Source: Escherichia phage B9-1
Sequence record: OQ420740.1
DNA length: 64,000 nucleotides
Strand: one strand, 5' to 3'
The notes beneath the pieces were generated by a model. It was given only the letters and a program-made list of their open reading frames with translations. It was not told where the DNA came from and ran no database searches. Shown here in pieces: positions 54,556-63,862 of this stretch. Every line of letters begins with the position of its first letter. The stretch's first letter is position 1. The position numbers and the translations under genes were made by a program.

Positions 54556-54936
54556 ATGGCTAAAGTAGGTAAGCGGGGAAACTACTTGGTGGTATTGACC
54601 GAGGAGCCGGAGAAGGAGTACGAATGCAGCTCCGCTTGTGTGATCGATATCCGAGAAAAAGATGTGGATGAAATCTGGTTTAAAATACTGGACGCTTGCG
54701 ACAGCAGTGACTATTTCTTCATCTATGTCAACGATAAAGCGGGGTTCTTCCATGACGATGGGGAATTACCGTATGAAATCTATGAACTTGTAGAGGCTTG
54801 CCATCGTGGAGATGCGGAGTTGTTTGGTCTACGGCTGAAAAGCGGTAAATTCTTCTATCAAGATGAATGCATGAATCTTCACAACTTCGTAGAGGGGACT
54901 TGCAACGATGGAGAGATTTTGGCACACTACGATTAA
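54556..54936 (+). CDS. hypothetical protein
   Basis: 126-aa ORF with RBS GAGGAGG; followed by terminator. Confidence 0.5.
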   Translation: MAKVGKRGNYLVVLTEEPEKEYECSSACVIDIREKDVDEIWFKILDACDSSDYFFIYVNDKAGFFHDDGELPYEIYELVEACHRGDAELFGLRLKSGKFFYQDECMNLHNFVEGTCNDGEILAHYD

Positions 54937-54949
54937 TTTCTAAGACACA

Positions 54950-54977
54950 CCCCGCTTCGGCGGGGATTTTCTATTTG
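54950..54977 (+). terminator. rho-independent terminator
   Basis: Stem CCCCGC / GCGGGG, loop TTCG, then ATTTTCTATTT. Confidence 0.7.
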
Positions 54978-54985
54978 GAGCTATT

Positions 54986-55486
54986 GTGAAAATTAAAATC
55001 TTTGCTATTATTTTGAGCGCATTTTTATCGCTGCCTGTTGTTGCAGCACCAAAACAAAAAGTATATCACACTTGCAAGCCGTCGGATACTAAGGAAAACA
55101 TTCTAGCATGCAATATCTACAGGGAGGCTAGAGGGGATGGCACGATGGGTATGCTGGCATCCGGATTTGCCACACTAAACAGGAAATCTCACCCCAAATA
55201 CCCAGACACTATAAGAAAGATTGTCTACCAACCTAACCAGTTTTCGTGGACAAACCACGGCAAAACTTTTAAGGTGACAGAAAAAGATTCATGGGATCAC
55301 GCTAAAAGTCTTGCAAAGATGCTTCTAAAGGTCTATAATAACAACCATGTTGCATACATGGCTATGGATATAACAGGCGGAGCAACACACTACCATACAA
55401 CAAAAGTACGACCGAAATGGGCAAAAAAGATGCAGAGGACAGCTCAATTCGGGAGCCATATCTACTACAAGGAGCGCAATAAATGA
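54986..55486 (+). CDS. secreted cell-wall hydrolase, SleB/Hydrolase_2-like (candidate endolysin)
   Basis: GTG start after GGAG; N-terminal signal-peptide-like segment (MKIKIFAIILSAFLSLPVVAAP); motif CNIYREARGDG...ATLNRKSHPKYP...QPNQFSW matches the SleB-type pattern. Confidence 0.55.
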   Translation: MKIKIFAIILSAFLSLPVVAAPKQKVYHTCKPSDTKENILACNIYREARGDGTMGMLASGFATLNRKSHPKYPDTIRKIVYQPNQFSWTNHGKTFKVTEKDSWDHAKSLAKMLLKVYNNNHVAYMAMDITGGATHYHTTKVRPKWAKKMQRTAQFGSHIYYKERNK

Positions 55487-57465
55487 TTGTAAACAGCAAT
55501 GAAACTAAAGCGGTGCTAACTGGGAATATGGAGGTAACCAGGGGATCAATTTCTCTGAACAAAGAGACTTTTGGGCTAATCATCAAAGGGATTTATGAAG
55601 ATAAGGTACTGGCAAGCTGCCGTGAACCGATCTTCAATGCTGTGGACTCACATGTTGAGTCTGGACGAGGTGATGTACCGATCATCATTCACTCTCCTAC
55701 AGACCTTGAACCATACTTCTTTGTGCAGGACGTTGGATTAGGCATGTCAGAAGAGATGGTCCGTAACACTTTCATGAACCTAGGTGAGTCGACCAAGCGC
55801 AACAGCAACGCTCTGGTAGGCAATAAAGGTGTTGGTTCAAAGGCCCCGTTCAGCATGGTGGACACTTTCGATGTAATCAGTGTGCACAACGGTGTGGAAA
55901 GCACATACCTATTGTTCTTGGACCAGGGTATCCCAAATGTCACCAAGATCCGTGAGCGGAAGACTGAAGAGCACAACGGGGTAAAAGTTCAGTTTCATGT
56001 TAAGAAAGAGCATGTTCTGAAATATCGCACCGCTATTGCATCATGCCTGCGCTATGCAAAATTTCCGTTCACTGTCACCGACCCGATGACGAGCAAGATG
56101 CTGGAGGGAGACAAAGTAGAGGCGCAGTATTATTATGAAAAAGATGGTTGGAAGATGACCATCCTGAAGGGTTATACCAGCTCTGACGAGAGTCGTGTGG
56201 TAATGGGTCACCAACCTTACCGTTCTAAGTTCCTGGAGACACTAATAGATTATCCTGCAATTTGTGTAGAGATCCCTATCGGAGATTGCAATATTAACCC
56301 AGGGCGTGAATGGACCATAGAAGGTCACGACGATGGTGGATTCCAAGAGCGTTTGGAAGCTTTTGTCAAAGAAGGCATTCGCCTTCGTGGAGCAGAAGTT
56401 GTTGCAGAACTGGAGACAGCAAAAACATCCTCAGAAGCACGCGAGATGATGAAGAACAGTGGAGTGTTCGGGCACATCTTCGGTAAGAATTTTATGTATG
56501 ACCGCTGGGAAGAAACAGGGCTAGGAAATTTGGGGGACTGCGAGATCTTCGCTGGCGGCTTAAATAAAGGCCGCATAGGTTACGCCTGCTACGGAAAGGT
56601 AGAATTCTTACGGGGAGTTTATTTAGTATTTAACGACGGAGACGGCAAATATAACCGGAATAAGTGTAACTACTTAAGCGAGATTACCGGACGCAACGTT
56701 TTCTATTGCCGTAACACGGATCTGGTGAAAGAGTTTAAAGAGGCGGCACACCATCCGTTTTTTGCAGATACGGTCAAATTGTTATCGGAGCTTCCACGCC
56801 GACCTACGAAGAAAGGTGAAACCAAAACCCGTTACGAACCAGGCTATTGGGTTAAAAAACTTGAGAAGGATGGTTACTTCCGGCGTGAGCGTATTACTAA
56901 GGCAGAGTTCAGGAAGATTAAGCACTGCATACCGTATGAGGGGGATATCCAACGCGGAAGTTGTTGGCTAGGGCAGATGAGCAACATCTACCAGCAAGAT
57001 TATGACCGTGTGCGTTCGGCACTCCAGATTCCTGAAGGGGAAGATCTGTACCTGGTGTCGGAATCTCGTCTGCTTTGGACTGATCCTGATTGCCAATATG
57101 TTACAGAGAAGAATGTGGAACATTTGTTGAAAGAGGATGCTTGGAAATTCTTACTAACTCGCGCAGCAAATGAAACTTCATATGACAGCCTGTACAGACA
57201 GTTAGGTAAAATTATCCCCATGCAGGATTTTGGAAGTTATCGGCCACATTTCCACAAGTGGGAAGGTAGCACCACGTGGAAGTACGGTGAGCTAAATCAT
57301 CGTGCCAAAATCTTAATCGCCAACCGGGTTAAGTGCGGGAAGGCCTATATTGCAAGATTGGAAAAGAAATATCCACTTTTGAAGCATGTAGGCTTGAAAT
57401 ATTGGGACACTCCTGCTATGATTGAATACCGTGAACTGATTGATACAAAGAATAACATCAAATAA
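55483..57465 (+). CDS. rIIA: rIIA-like protein (GHKL/Bergerat-fold ATPase domain at N-terminus)
   Basis: 660 aa; N-box-like REPIFNAVDSH, G1 box VQDVGLGMS, G2 box GNKGVGSKAPFS in the first 130 aa; immediately followed by an rIIB-like gene. Confidence 0.65.
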   Translation: MIVNSNETKAVLTGNMEVTRGSISLNKETFGLIIKGIYEDKVLASCREPIFNAVDSHVESGRGDVPIIIHSPTDLEPYFFVQDVGLGMSEEMVRNTFMNLGESTKRNSNALVGNKGVGSKAPFSMVDTFDVISVHNGVESTYLLFLDQGIPNVTKIRERKTEEHNGVKVQFHVKKEHVLKYRTAIASCLRYAKFPFTVTDPMTSKMLEGDKVEAQYYYEKDGWKMTILKGYTSSDESRVVMGHQPYRSKFLETLIDYPAICVEIPIGDCNINPGREWTIEGHDDGGFQERLEAFVKEGIRLRGAEVVAELETAKTSSEAREMMKNSGVFGHIFGKNFMYDRWEETGLGNLGDCEIFAGGLNKGRIGYACYGKVEFLRGVYLVFNDGDGKYNRNKCNYLSEITGRNVFYCRNTDLVKEFKEAAHHPFFADTVKLLSELPRRPTKKGETKTRYEPGYWVKKLEKDGYFRRERITKAEFRKIKHCIPYEGDIQRGSCWLGQMSNIYQQDYDRVRSALQIPEGEDLYLVSESRLLWTDPDCQYVTEKNVEHLLKEDAWKFLLTRAANETSYDSLYRQLGKIIPMQDFGSYRPHFHKWEGSTTWKYGELNHRAKILIANRVKCGKAYIARLEKKYPLLKHVGLKYWDTPAMIEYRELIDTKNNIK

Positions 57466-57475
57466 GGAGACCAAG

Positions 57476-58681
57476 ATGATTTTCATCTACGAACATTTCA
57501 AAACTCGTAAAGAAGCACGTGACCGCCGTGCAGAACTTGAGAAGAAGGGTTTCACATGCGCTATTGAGAAAGGTAACACAACCTGGACACTGGCAGTAGG
57601 TGCCCCAGAGTTGTTCGATCCTGACCGTGACAGCGTCTGCTACACCCGTGAGGATTTTGAAACCCGTGAAGAGGCCCGTTTATTTCGATATGGGCTGGAA
57701 GATAACGGTAAGTACGCCATGATCTTAGATTTAGGAGAAGGTTCCGTTAAACGTTGGGGTGTGGTATATCCACTGTGTGTTGTTCACGGTGTAGGGTTCA
57801 CTGGGGTAGCAATCAAGTCAGAAGAACCTTTAGTAGAAGTAAAAGACCCGGTGCTGGAGGTGGTGAGCAGTGTGTCTCAGCAACAGACCCGAAGCATCGA
57901 GCCTTTGGTGGTTATTTGCGGGGAACTCCTCCAGATCACCTGCAACGAAGGTATTTTTGAAATTCGCCGCAGTGAAAGTGAGGAAGTTTACCAGAAAGTC
58001 TTCGACCATATCTCTGTTCAGGAATATGACGAGGCAATTGGTGAAATCCTTGTCTGGCTGGAACGCAAGAATGAGTTCACCACACTTGCAGACAACCTGA
58101 TCATGAAAGATGGTAAGCTCTACTACTACGGTGTAGAGATGCGATCCACCATTGCAAAGAAAATTGAGAAAGATTATGCAGACGGAACACTGGATGACCG
58201 CTATGTGAAATTCCTCGTTCGCCTGCTACGCAATCCTTCTGCAAAATCTGTAAACATGCTCTACGATTTTATGCAGGCAAACGACATTCAGATTGCAGAA
58301 GATGGTCGAATCATTTGCTACAAAGGGGTTCAGTTTAACGGCGACAAGTGGGTGGATTGGCACAGTGGTAAAGTCCCACAATACCAGGGGGCTTTTGTAT
58401 CCATGCCTCGTAACTTTGTAGAGGATGATCCGGAAGCTGCATGCTCTTATGGCCTGCACTGTGCCAGCAAAGAGTATGCAAAGAGCTACGGAACTGTGAT
58501 GACGGTTATGGTTGACCCTGCCGATGTAGTTAGTGTACCTTACCAACACAACAGCGCCAAGTGCCGTGCATGCCGCTACGAAATCGTAGTAGCTCCAGAA
58601 TCGCGCAAAGATGGCGACCCAATTGAGTACGTGGTTGACCGCGACGGTAATACTATCGACATTATCTACGAGGAGGCGTAA
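57476..58681 (+). CDS. rIIB: rIIB-like protein
   Basis: ATG 57476 five nt after AAGGAGA (ORF-track TTG 57440 lies inside rIIA); C-terminal motifs LYDFMQANDIQIAEDG, ACSYGLHCASKEY and AKCRACRYEIVV parallel conserved T4 rIIB motifs as recalled. Confidence 0.6.
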   Translation: MIFIYEHFKTRKEARDRRAELEKKGFTCAIEKGNTTWTLAVGAPELFDPDRDSVCYTREDFETREEARLFRYGLEDNGKYAMILDLGEGSVKRWGVVYPLCVVHGVGFTGVAIKSEEPLVEVKDPVLEVVSSVSQQQTRSIEPLVVICGELLQITCNEGIFEIRRSESEEVYQKVFDHISVQEYDEAIGEILVWLERKNEFTTLADNLIMKDGKLYYYGVEMRSTIAKKIEKDYADGTLDDRYVKFLVRLLRNPSAKSVNMLYDFMQANDIQIAEDGRIICYKGVQFNGDKWVDWHSGKVPQYQGAFVSMPRNFVEDDPEAACSYGLHCASKEYAKSYGTVMTVMVDPADVVSVPYQHNSAKCRACRYEIVVAPESRKDGDPIEYVVDRDGNTIDIIYEEA

Positions 58682-60051
58682 TGGAAAAAGGGCAGTACGA
58701 TGTAGGCACAGATGCTGCCCTTGTTGCAATCATGAGCGGTGAGAATGTCTTCGTAAGTGGACCTGGTGGAACCGGGAAGACATATCTTATCAACATGATC
58801 CAGTCCATGTATGGAGACTCTTGCATAACGGTTGCCCCGACAGGGGTAGCCGCTTTAAACGTTAATGGAGCAACAGCGCACCGAACTTTCGATCTTGCCG
58901 CAGGTGTGAGCATGGAGTCAGACTGGACAGCAATAAGGGCAAAAACAGCAAAGCCTCTGAAAAGCAAGGCATTTACCATCCTGATTATCGATGAAATCTC
59001 TATGATCCGTGCTGACAAGTTCATAGAGATGGATAGAAAACTCCGCTTTCTTCGGAAAAATGACAAACCTTTCGGAGGCATTCAGGTGTTATTGTTTGGA
59101 GATTTCTACCAAGCACCTCCAGTTGTCTCTTCTATGGAGAAAGAAGCCTACTTCAACTTCTACCACACAGACCTGTGTTGCTATACAGAATCTTGGGAGG
59201 ATCTTAATCTTCACAACATAGCCTTAGTAGACCAGTTCCGTCAGGAATCTGTTCGCTTCGCCACAATGTTGAACTGTGTTCGTGAAGGTCGTCGCATAAA
59301 AGAGGTTGTAGCAGAGCTTAACACTCGTTGCTATCATGGTGGTGTCCCAACAGATGCCTTGACCATCTGTGCCACCAATAAGCAAGCAGAGGAGGTGAAC
59401 AGACGTTTCTATGATGCCATCAAGGCCCCAGAGAAGACCTACATTGGTAAAATGAAAGGTAAGTTCCCTTCCACACTACCTGTGGAGCAGGAAATGAGGC
59501 TGAAGATAGGGATGAAGGTTATGATAACCTCAAACGATGTTGACCCTACTCACAAAGTTCCGTATTATGTTAACGGGACACGTGCCACAGTGGTAAAATT
59601 CAAGACCAAATCCGTAGTAGTTGAGCTAGAAGACGGAACACAGGTTGAAATTGAGCCAAGATTGTGGGAGAATAACGAGTACAAACCTTCCCAGAGGTAC
59701 AATATTGCCGAAAGGAAGATGGAGAAGTTCATAGAGAGGGTTGTGATCGGGTCTTATGAGCAACTTCCTTTGAAATCTGGGTACGCAGTAACATCGCATA
59801 AAAGTCAAGGACTTACGTTAGATTGTTACAACCTAGACCTCGGAAAGAACGGAGCTTTCTCTCCCGGAATGACGTATGTTGCCTTGAGTCGGGTTAAGAC
59901 GATACAAGGAATAAACTTGTTGCGTCCATTAAGAGAGGTGGATATTATTGTTGACCCGAGAGTCGTAGAGTTTTATAATACAACTTTCCCTGGCTTAGAC
60001 GAGAAAGTCAGGAAAGATTTTGAAACTAGAGCAGAAAAGGGGGACGTATGA
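58681..60051 (+). CDS. Dda-like SF1B DNA helicase
   Basis: 456 aa; Walker A GPGGTGKT, Walker B ILIIDEISM, C-terminal helicase motif VTSHKSQGLTLD and VALSRV; coupled to rIIB stop (TAATG). Confidence 0.75.
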   Translation: MEKGQYDVGTDAALVAIMSGENVFVSGPGGTGKTYLINMIQSMYGDSCITVAPTGVAALNVNGATAHRTFDLAAGVSMESDWTAIRAKTAKPLKSKAFTILIIDEISMIRADKFIEMDRKLRFLRKNDKPFGGIQVLLFGDFYQAPPVVSSMEKEAYFNFYHTDLCCYTESWEDLNLHNIALVDQFRQESVRFATMLNCVREGRRIKEVVAELNTRCYHGGVPTDALTICATNKQAEEVNRRFYDAIKAPEKTYIGKMKGKFPSTLPVEQEMRLKIGMKVMITSNDVDPTHKVPYYVNGTRATVVKFKTKSVVVELEDGTQVEIEPRLWENNEYKPSQRYNIAERKMEKFIERVVIGSYEQLPLKSGYAVTSHKSQGLTLDCYNLDLGKNGAFSPGMTYVALSRVKTIQGINLLRPLREVDIIVDPRVVEFYNTTFPGLDEKVRKDFETRAEKGDV

Positions 60052-60389
60052 GTTTGTGGAGAAATATCGTTAACTACGTGTGTGGCAATCCGACTCCTGA
60101 AGAGAAGGATGTTGTGATTCACGATTTTACTAAAAGATCTCGTGAAAAAGATCTACTGCTAACAAAGGTGACTGATAAAGATCCTGCAGTAGGGGACTGG
60201 GCAGGTTTTGCGTTTACATCGGACAAATACACCTTTAACAAAGGTGACTACCTTGTTGTGGATTTTAACGAAGATATTGAGGGTGCTGAACCTTACTATC
60301 AAACCCTTATTGTTGCAGGGTGTGTTGATCTCTCTGCAGGCATGCACAGTTTGATTCTTTTTGAGCTTGACTCTGAAGACCTTGAGTAG
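60048..60389 (+). CDS. hypothetical protein
   Basis: 113-aa ORF overlapping helicase stop (ATGA). Confidence 0.5.
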   Translation: MSLWRNIVNYVCGNPTPEEKDVVIHDFTKRSREKDLLLTKVTDKDPAVGDWAGFAFTSDKYTFNKGDYLVVDFNEDIEGAEPYYQTLIVAGCVDLSAGMHSLILFELDSEDLE

Positions 60390-60406
60390 TAAGATGTGAG
60401 TATAAA

Positions 60407-60424
60407 GGGGAGGCACTCCTCCCC
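60407..60424. other. GC-rich hairpin without downstream T-tract
   Basis: GGGGAGG-CACT-CCTCCCC; followed by ACAAAAAC on plus strand; a T-run lies on the minus-strand side. Confidence 0.3.
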
Positions 60425-60450
60425 ACAAAAACTAAGGAGAGCACCAAACG

Positions 60451-61794
60451 ATGAGTAAAACCAAATTAGAACTTACCTGGATAGGTAAGAACGAGCGCAA
60501 AAAGCTAGAGCCTCACATTTTGCGAGAAGATTCGAGCAAGTCTTATCACGCCAGTAAAAAGGTGACCGAAAACGATATTTTTGATAATAAACTGATTTTT
60601 GGAGATAACTTACTGGCATTGAAGGCACTAGAGCAAGAGTATGCAGGCAAAGTGAAGTGTGTTTACATAGACCCGCCATTTAATACCGGAAGGGATTTTG
60701 AGCACTACGATGATAGCCTGGAGCACTCCATTTGGCTGGGCTTAATGCGGGACAGATTAGAAATAATTCGTAATCTGCTAAGCGATGATGGAGTGATATT
60801 CGTTCACTTAGATGACTGCGAAATGGCTTATTTAAAAGTCTTGATGGACGAGATTTTTGGTCGTGCAAATCAGTTAAATACCATATCGATGACTACAAAT
60901 TGCCCTTCAGGCTTTAAGGCAACAGGAACTACAGTTTTCTCCACAGCAAACTTTTTGCTTGTATATGCAAAAGATCGTACCAAGAAACCACTTAACAAAA
61001 TCTATATACCTAAAGAGTATGATACGGGATATAACAAATATCTATTAAACCCAGATGACCATTATAAAAGTTGGACGTGGTGCGGTATTGCCGATGCGTT
61101 TGCAAAGGCCAATGGCTATAAAGATACAAAAGAAGCCAAGAAAAAACTGCCTGATACATTTGATGATGAATTAGCACAATTTGCAATTGATAATGCAGAA
61201 CGTGTATTTCAATCCGTTGCAATTGGCGGTGGTGCCAAAATAAAGAGAAAAGAAACTATCGAGAAGTCAAAGAAAGATAGGGATAAGGTTTATGTACATC
61301 CAAATGAGGATGTCGAAGGCTTTTATATCGCAAATGGTAGGCAAATGGTCTTTTATTCCAATAGGCTTTTGGAAATTGACGGTGAGATGCAGCCTGCTGA
61401 ACTAATAACTGATGTTTGGACTGACATTAGTTGGAATGGAATAGCAAATGAAGGGGGCGTTAGTTTCAAAAATGGAAAAAAACCTGAAGCGCTTTTGAAG
61501 CGGATTTTAAAAATGTGTACGCGAGAAGGAGATTTAGTATTGGATTCATTCGGCGGTTCGGGGACTACTGCTGCTGTAGCTCACAAGATGAAAAGACGTT
61601 GGATCTCTGTTGAGCTAGGAGATCATTGTCATACCCATATTATTCCACGCTTGCAAAAAGTGATCGATGGTGAAGATCAAAGTGGTATTTCTAAATCTGT
61701 AAACTGGCAAGGTGGTGGGGGCTTTCGTTATTACAAACTTGCCCAGAACTTAGTTGTGAAAGATAAGCTTGACTCAGAAGAAGATTTAGAGTAA
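60451..61794 (+). CDS. DNA N6-adenine (or N4-cytosine) methyltransferase, beta-class amino-MTase
   Basis: 447 aa; motif IV VYIDPPFNTG (DPPF) precedes AdoMet-binding motif I LDSFGGSGTTA; no adjacent restriction gene seen, so likely orphan. Confidence 0.7.
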   Translation: MSKTKLELTWIGKNERKKLEPHILREDSSKSYHASKKVTENDIFDNKLIFGDNLLALKALEQEYAGKVKCVYIDPPFNTGRDFEHYDDSLEHSIWLGLMRDRLEIIRNLLSDDGVIFVHLDDCEMAYLKVLMDEIFGRANQLNTISMTTNCPSGFKATGTTVFSTANFLLVYAKDRTKKPLNKIYIPKEYDTGYNKYLLNPDDHYKSWTWCGIADAFAKANGYKDTKEAKKKLPDTFDDELAQFAIDNAERVFQSVAIGGGAKIKRKETIEKSKKDRDKVYVHPNEDVEGFYIANGRQMVFYSNRLLEIDGEMQPAELITDVWTDISWNGIANEGGVSFKNGKKPEALLKRILKMCTREGDLVLDSFGGSGTTAAVAHKMKRRWISVELGDHCHTHIIPRLQKVIDGEDQSGISKSVNWQGGGGFRYYKLAQNLVVKDKLDSEEDLE

Positions 61795-61850
61795 TATTTA
61801 AAATATCGAAGGAGAGGTCTACTCTTAACACAAGATAAGGAGAACACCGA

Positions 61851-62156
61851 ATGATGAAGCGTTATAAACCATATACTTTTGAAATCGATTTCGAACTTGA
61901 CAATATGCTCACTGTAGAGGCTCAGGCAGTTGTCCAGTTGCCAGATCCAGAGTGCCGTGATTCTGATGTTGATTATTATGGATTTAGACAGATTACTGAT
62001 GTGCATGTTTACCACAACGGAGAAGAGGTGGATTTTCACCAACTGCCGAACGATATGCGCCACTCGATTTACAAACGGGCAGCACGTGAACTAGAGTCCT
62101 ATCTGGATGCAGCAACAACAGCGGCTGCATTTGCTGAAGAGACAGGAGGTTTCTGA
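61851..62156 (+). CDS. hypothetical protein
   Basis: 101-aa ORF with RBS AAGGAGA. Confidence 0.5.
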   Translation: MMKRYKPYTFEIDFELDNMLTVEAQAVVQLPDPECRDSDVDYYGFRQITDVHVYHNGEEVDFHQLPNDMRHSIYKRAARELESYLDAATTAAAFAEETGGF

Positions 62157-62551
62157 TGATTACAGATGTGAAGATTATCCAATACCACCTAACCAAATTA
62201 GAAGATGCTGAAAAAGAGCTTTCAGAAGTTCTGAACAGTGGGTATACTTTACTGACATGCTCCTGTTCAGACACATACATTGTGTGGACACTTGCTAAGA
62301 AGGAAGAACCAGCAGGAATCTTGGTGCCAAACCCTAAGATTATTAGTGAGGTGGACGACTACTCTCAGGATGGCCTACCAGAAGGCTGGGAAACATGGGA
62401 AGGTGGTGAAAACCCTGCACCAGGTAAGTGGGTAAAATACAAACTACGTAGCGGTGCACAGTATGCTGACTACTCTGATGACCTAGACTGGAGTCACTCT
62501 TCACCAGGATCATCTGCAAGTGCATATGATATTGTTGCTTTTCAGGAATAA
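62156..62551 (+). CDS. hypothetical protein
   Basis: 131-aa ORF, start overlaps upstream stop. Confidence 0.5.
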   Translation: MITDVKIIQYHLTKLEDAEKELSEVLNSGYTLLTCSCSDTYIVWTLAKKEEPAGILVPNPKIISEVDDYSQDGLPEGWETWEGGENPAPGKWVKYKLRSGAQYADYSDDLDWSHSSPGSSASAYDIVAFQE

Positions 62552-62563
62552 GGAGAGAGTGTT

Positions 62564-63046
62564 ATGTCAGATTTTATGTGGAAGGTAGGCTACGCTGCTC
62601 CCGAGATGTGCAAGGCCTGCTTTGTGAAAATAGGCCGCGAGGATATCGACAAAGTTATCTTTAAGTTTCGTGATGTGGCTGTAATCGGCAACCGAGTGCT
62701 TAAGCACTTAAAAAATCTGAAACTCACCAAAAAGAAATTCTTCGGGCTTTTTGAAGAGAAAGTTGATGCTTGGACCCATTGCATTCAGGAAGCTAAATCT
62801 CACTACAGTGCTATTGTTACTCCAGAACGGGTAGCCAAGATGGAAGGATTCATCAACAGCACGGAGTTTGAGTGCTTAAAAGCTGCCCTTGATAGTTATC
62901 CAAAGTGCCTCAAACATCTCGACAAGTATGTAGAAGAGGATGGGGAAATGTATCTCACTCTGGATGCATACTATGAGATGCAAGAAATTTTAAATTTAGA
63001 TTTGACATTGGTATCCACCGAGTATACAATAGGTATCCGGGTTTAA
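62564..63046 (+). CDS. hypothetical protein
   Basis: 160-aa ORF with RBS AAGGAGAGAG; followed by terminator. Confidence 0.5.
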   Translation: MSDFMWKVGYAAPEMCKACFVKIGREDIDKVIFKFRDVAVIGNRVLKHLKNLKLTKKKFFGLFEEKVDAWTHCIQEAKSHYSAIVTPERVAKMEGFINSTEFECLKAALDSYPKCLKHLDKYVEEDGEMYLTLDAYYEMQEILNLDLTLVSTEYTIGIRV

Positions 63047-63051
63047 CACTA

Positions 63052-63080
63052 GGCCCTGCCCGAAAGGGTGGGGCTTTTTG
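63052..63080 (+). terminator. rho-independent terminator
   Basis: Stem CCCTGCCC / GGGTGGGG (two G-T wobbles), loop GAAA, then CTTTTTGC. Confidence 0.6.
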
Positions 63081-63097
63081 CATTAGGAGACAGCAAA

Positions 63098-63862
63098 TTG
63101 AAATTTATCTACAAAGAACACTACCACAAAGGTGTTGTGTGGAGTCTATTTGACGGGTCTGGTGGTGCAGTTATTGACTGGGCAAAAGCTGGATATCTGT
63201 GCCTGTGCTTTAACGCAGAAGGTGCTGACCATGGCAGTTATGCAGAGGTGATAACCGATCATCCCAACATTCACTACGTGGATTATTGGATTGACCCGTG
63301 GTTCCCTCAAGAAACTTTTTGCATGTACCCAGCTCCAGACTTTATTCTTGCATTTCCTCCGTGCACGCATTTAGCAGTATCAGGTGCTGCACATTTTAAG
63401 AAAAAGCTGGCTAAGGACCCTCTGATTCAAATTAATGCTGTAAAAGATGCTCGGGTTGCAGAAGAGTTGGGAGAGATTTACGATTGCCCGTGGCATGTAG
63501 AGAATCCTGTGGGAGTTATGTCCACACTGTGGCGAAAACCTGATTACCGTTTTCATCCTTCAGATTATGGCGGGTATTTACCGGAGGATGATGTAAACCC
63601 CTGGTTTCCTGAATTTATAGCTCCACGGGATGCCTACCCAAAAATAACTTGCGGTTGGATAGGCAATGGATTTATAATCCCCGCCACAAAACCTGTCCCG
63701 CAAATAGTTGATGTGGTTAGTGGTTATTCCATGCAACACGCTAAGCTAGGTGGAAAGAGTGCAAGGACGAAGATGATTCGAAGCCTTACACCACGTGGCT
63801 GGGCAAGAGCTGTATTCTTAGCAAACGAGCCTGCAGTAAGGAGAAGAATTAATGGGCAGTAA
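63098..63862 (+). CDS. divergent DNA cytosine-5 methyltransferase-like protein
   Basis: In-frame TTG at 63098 seven nt after AGGAGA (ORF-track start 63068 lies in terminator stem); motif I-like LFDGSGG, catalytic-like FPPCTHLAVSG (Pro-Cys), ENV-like HVENPVGV. Confidence 0.4.
   Translation: MKFIYKEHYHKGVVWSLFDGSGGAVIDWAKAGYLCLCFNAEGADHGSYAEVITDHPNIHYVDYWIDPWFPQETFCMYPAPDFILAFPPCTHLAVSGAAHFKKKLAKDPLIQINAVKDARVAEELGEIYDCPWHVENPVGVMSTLWRKPDYRFHPSDYGGYLPEDDVNPWFPEFIAPRDAYPKITCGWIGNGFIIPATKPVPQIVDVVSGYSMQHAKLGGKSARTKMIRSLTPRGWARAVFLANEPAVRRRINGQ

Noticed and set aside
57440-57475. TTG start at 57440 for rIIB
   Set aside because: Lies inside the rIIA coding region; ATG 57476 has a well-spaced AAGGAGA RBS right after the rIIA stop.
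63068-63097. Start at 63068 for the C5-methyltransferase-like gene
   Set aside because: Falls within the terminator stem-loop (63052-63080); in-frame TTG at 63098 follows an AGGAGA RBS. The true start remains uncertain.
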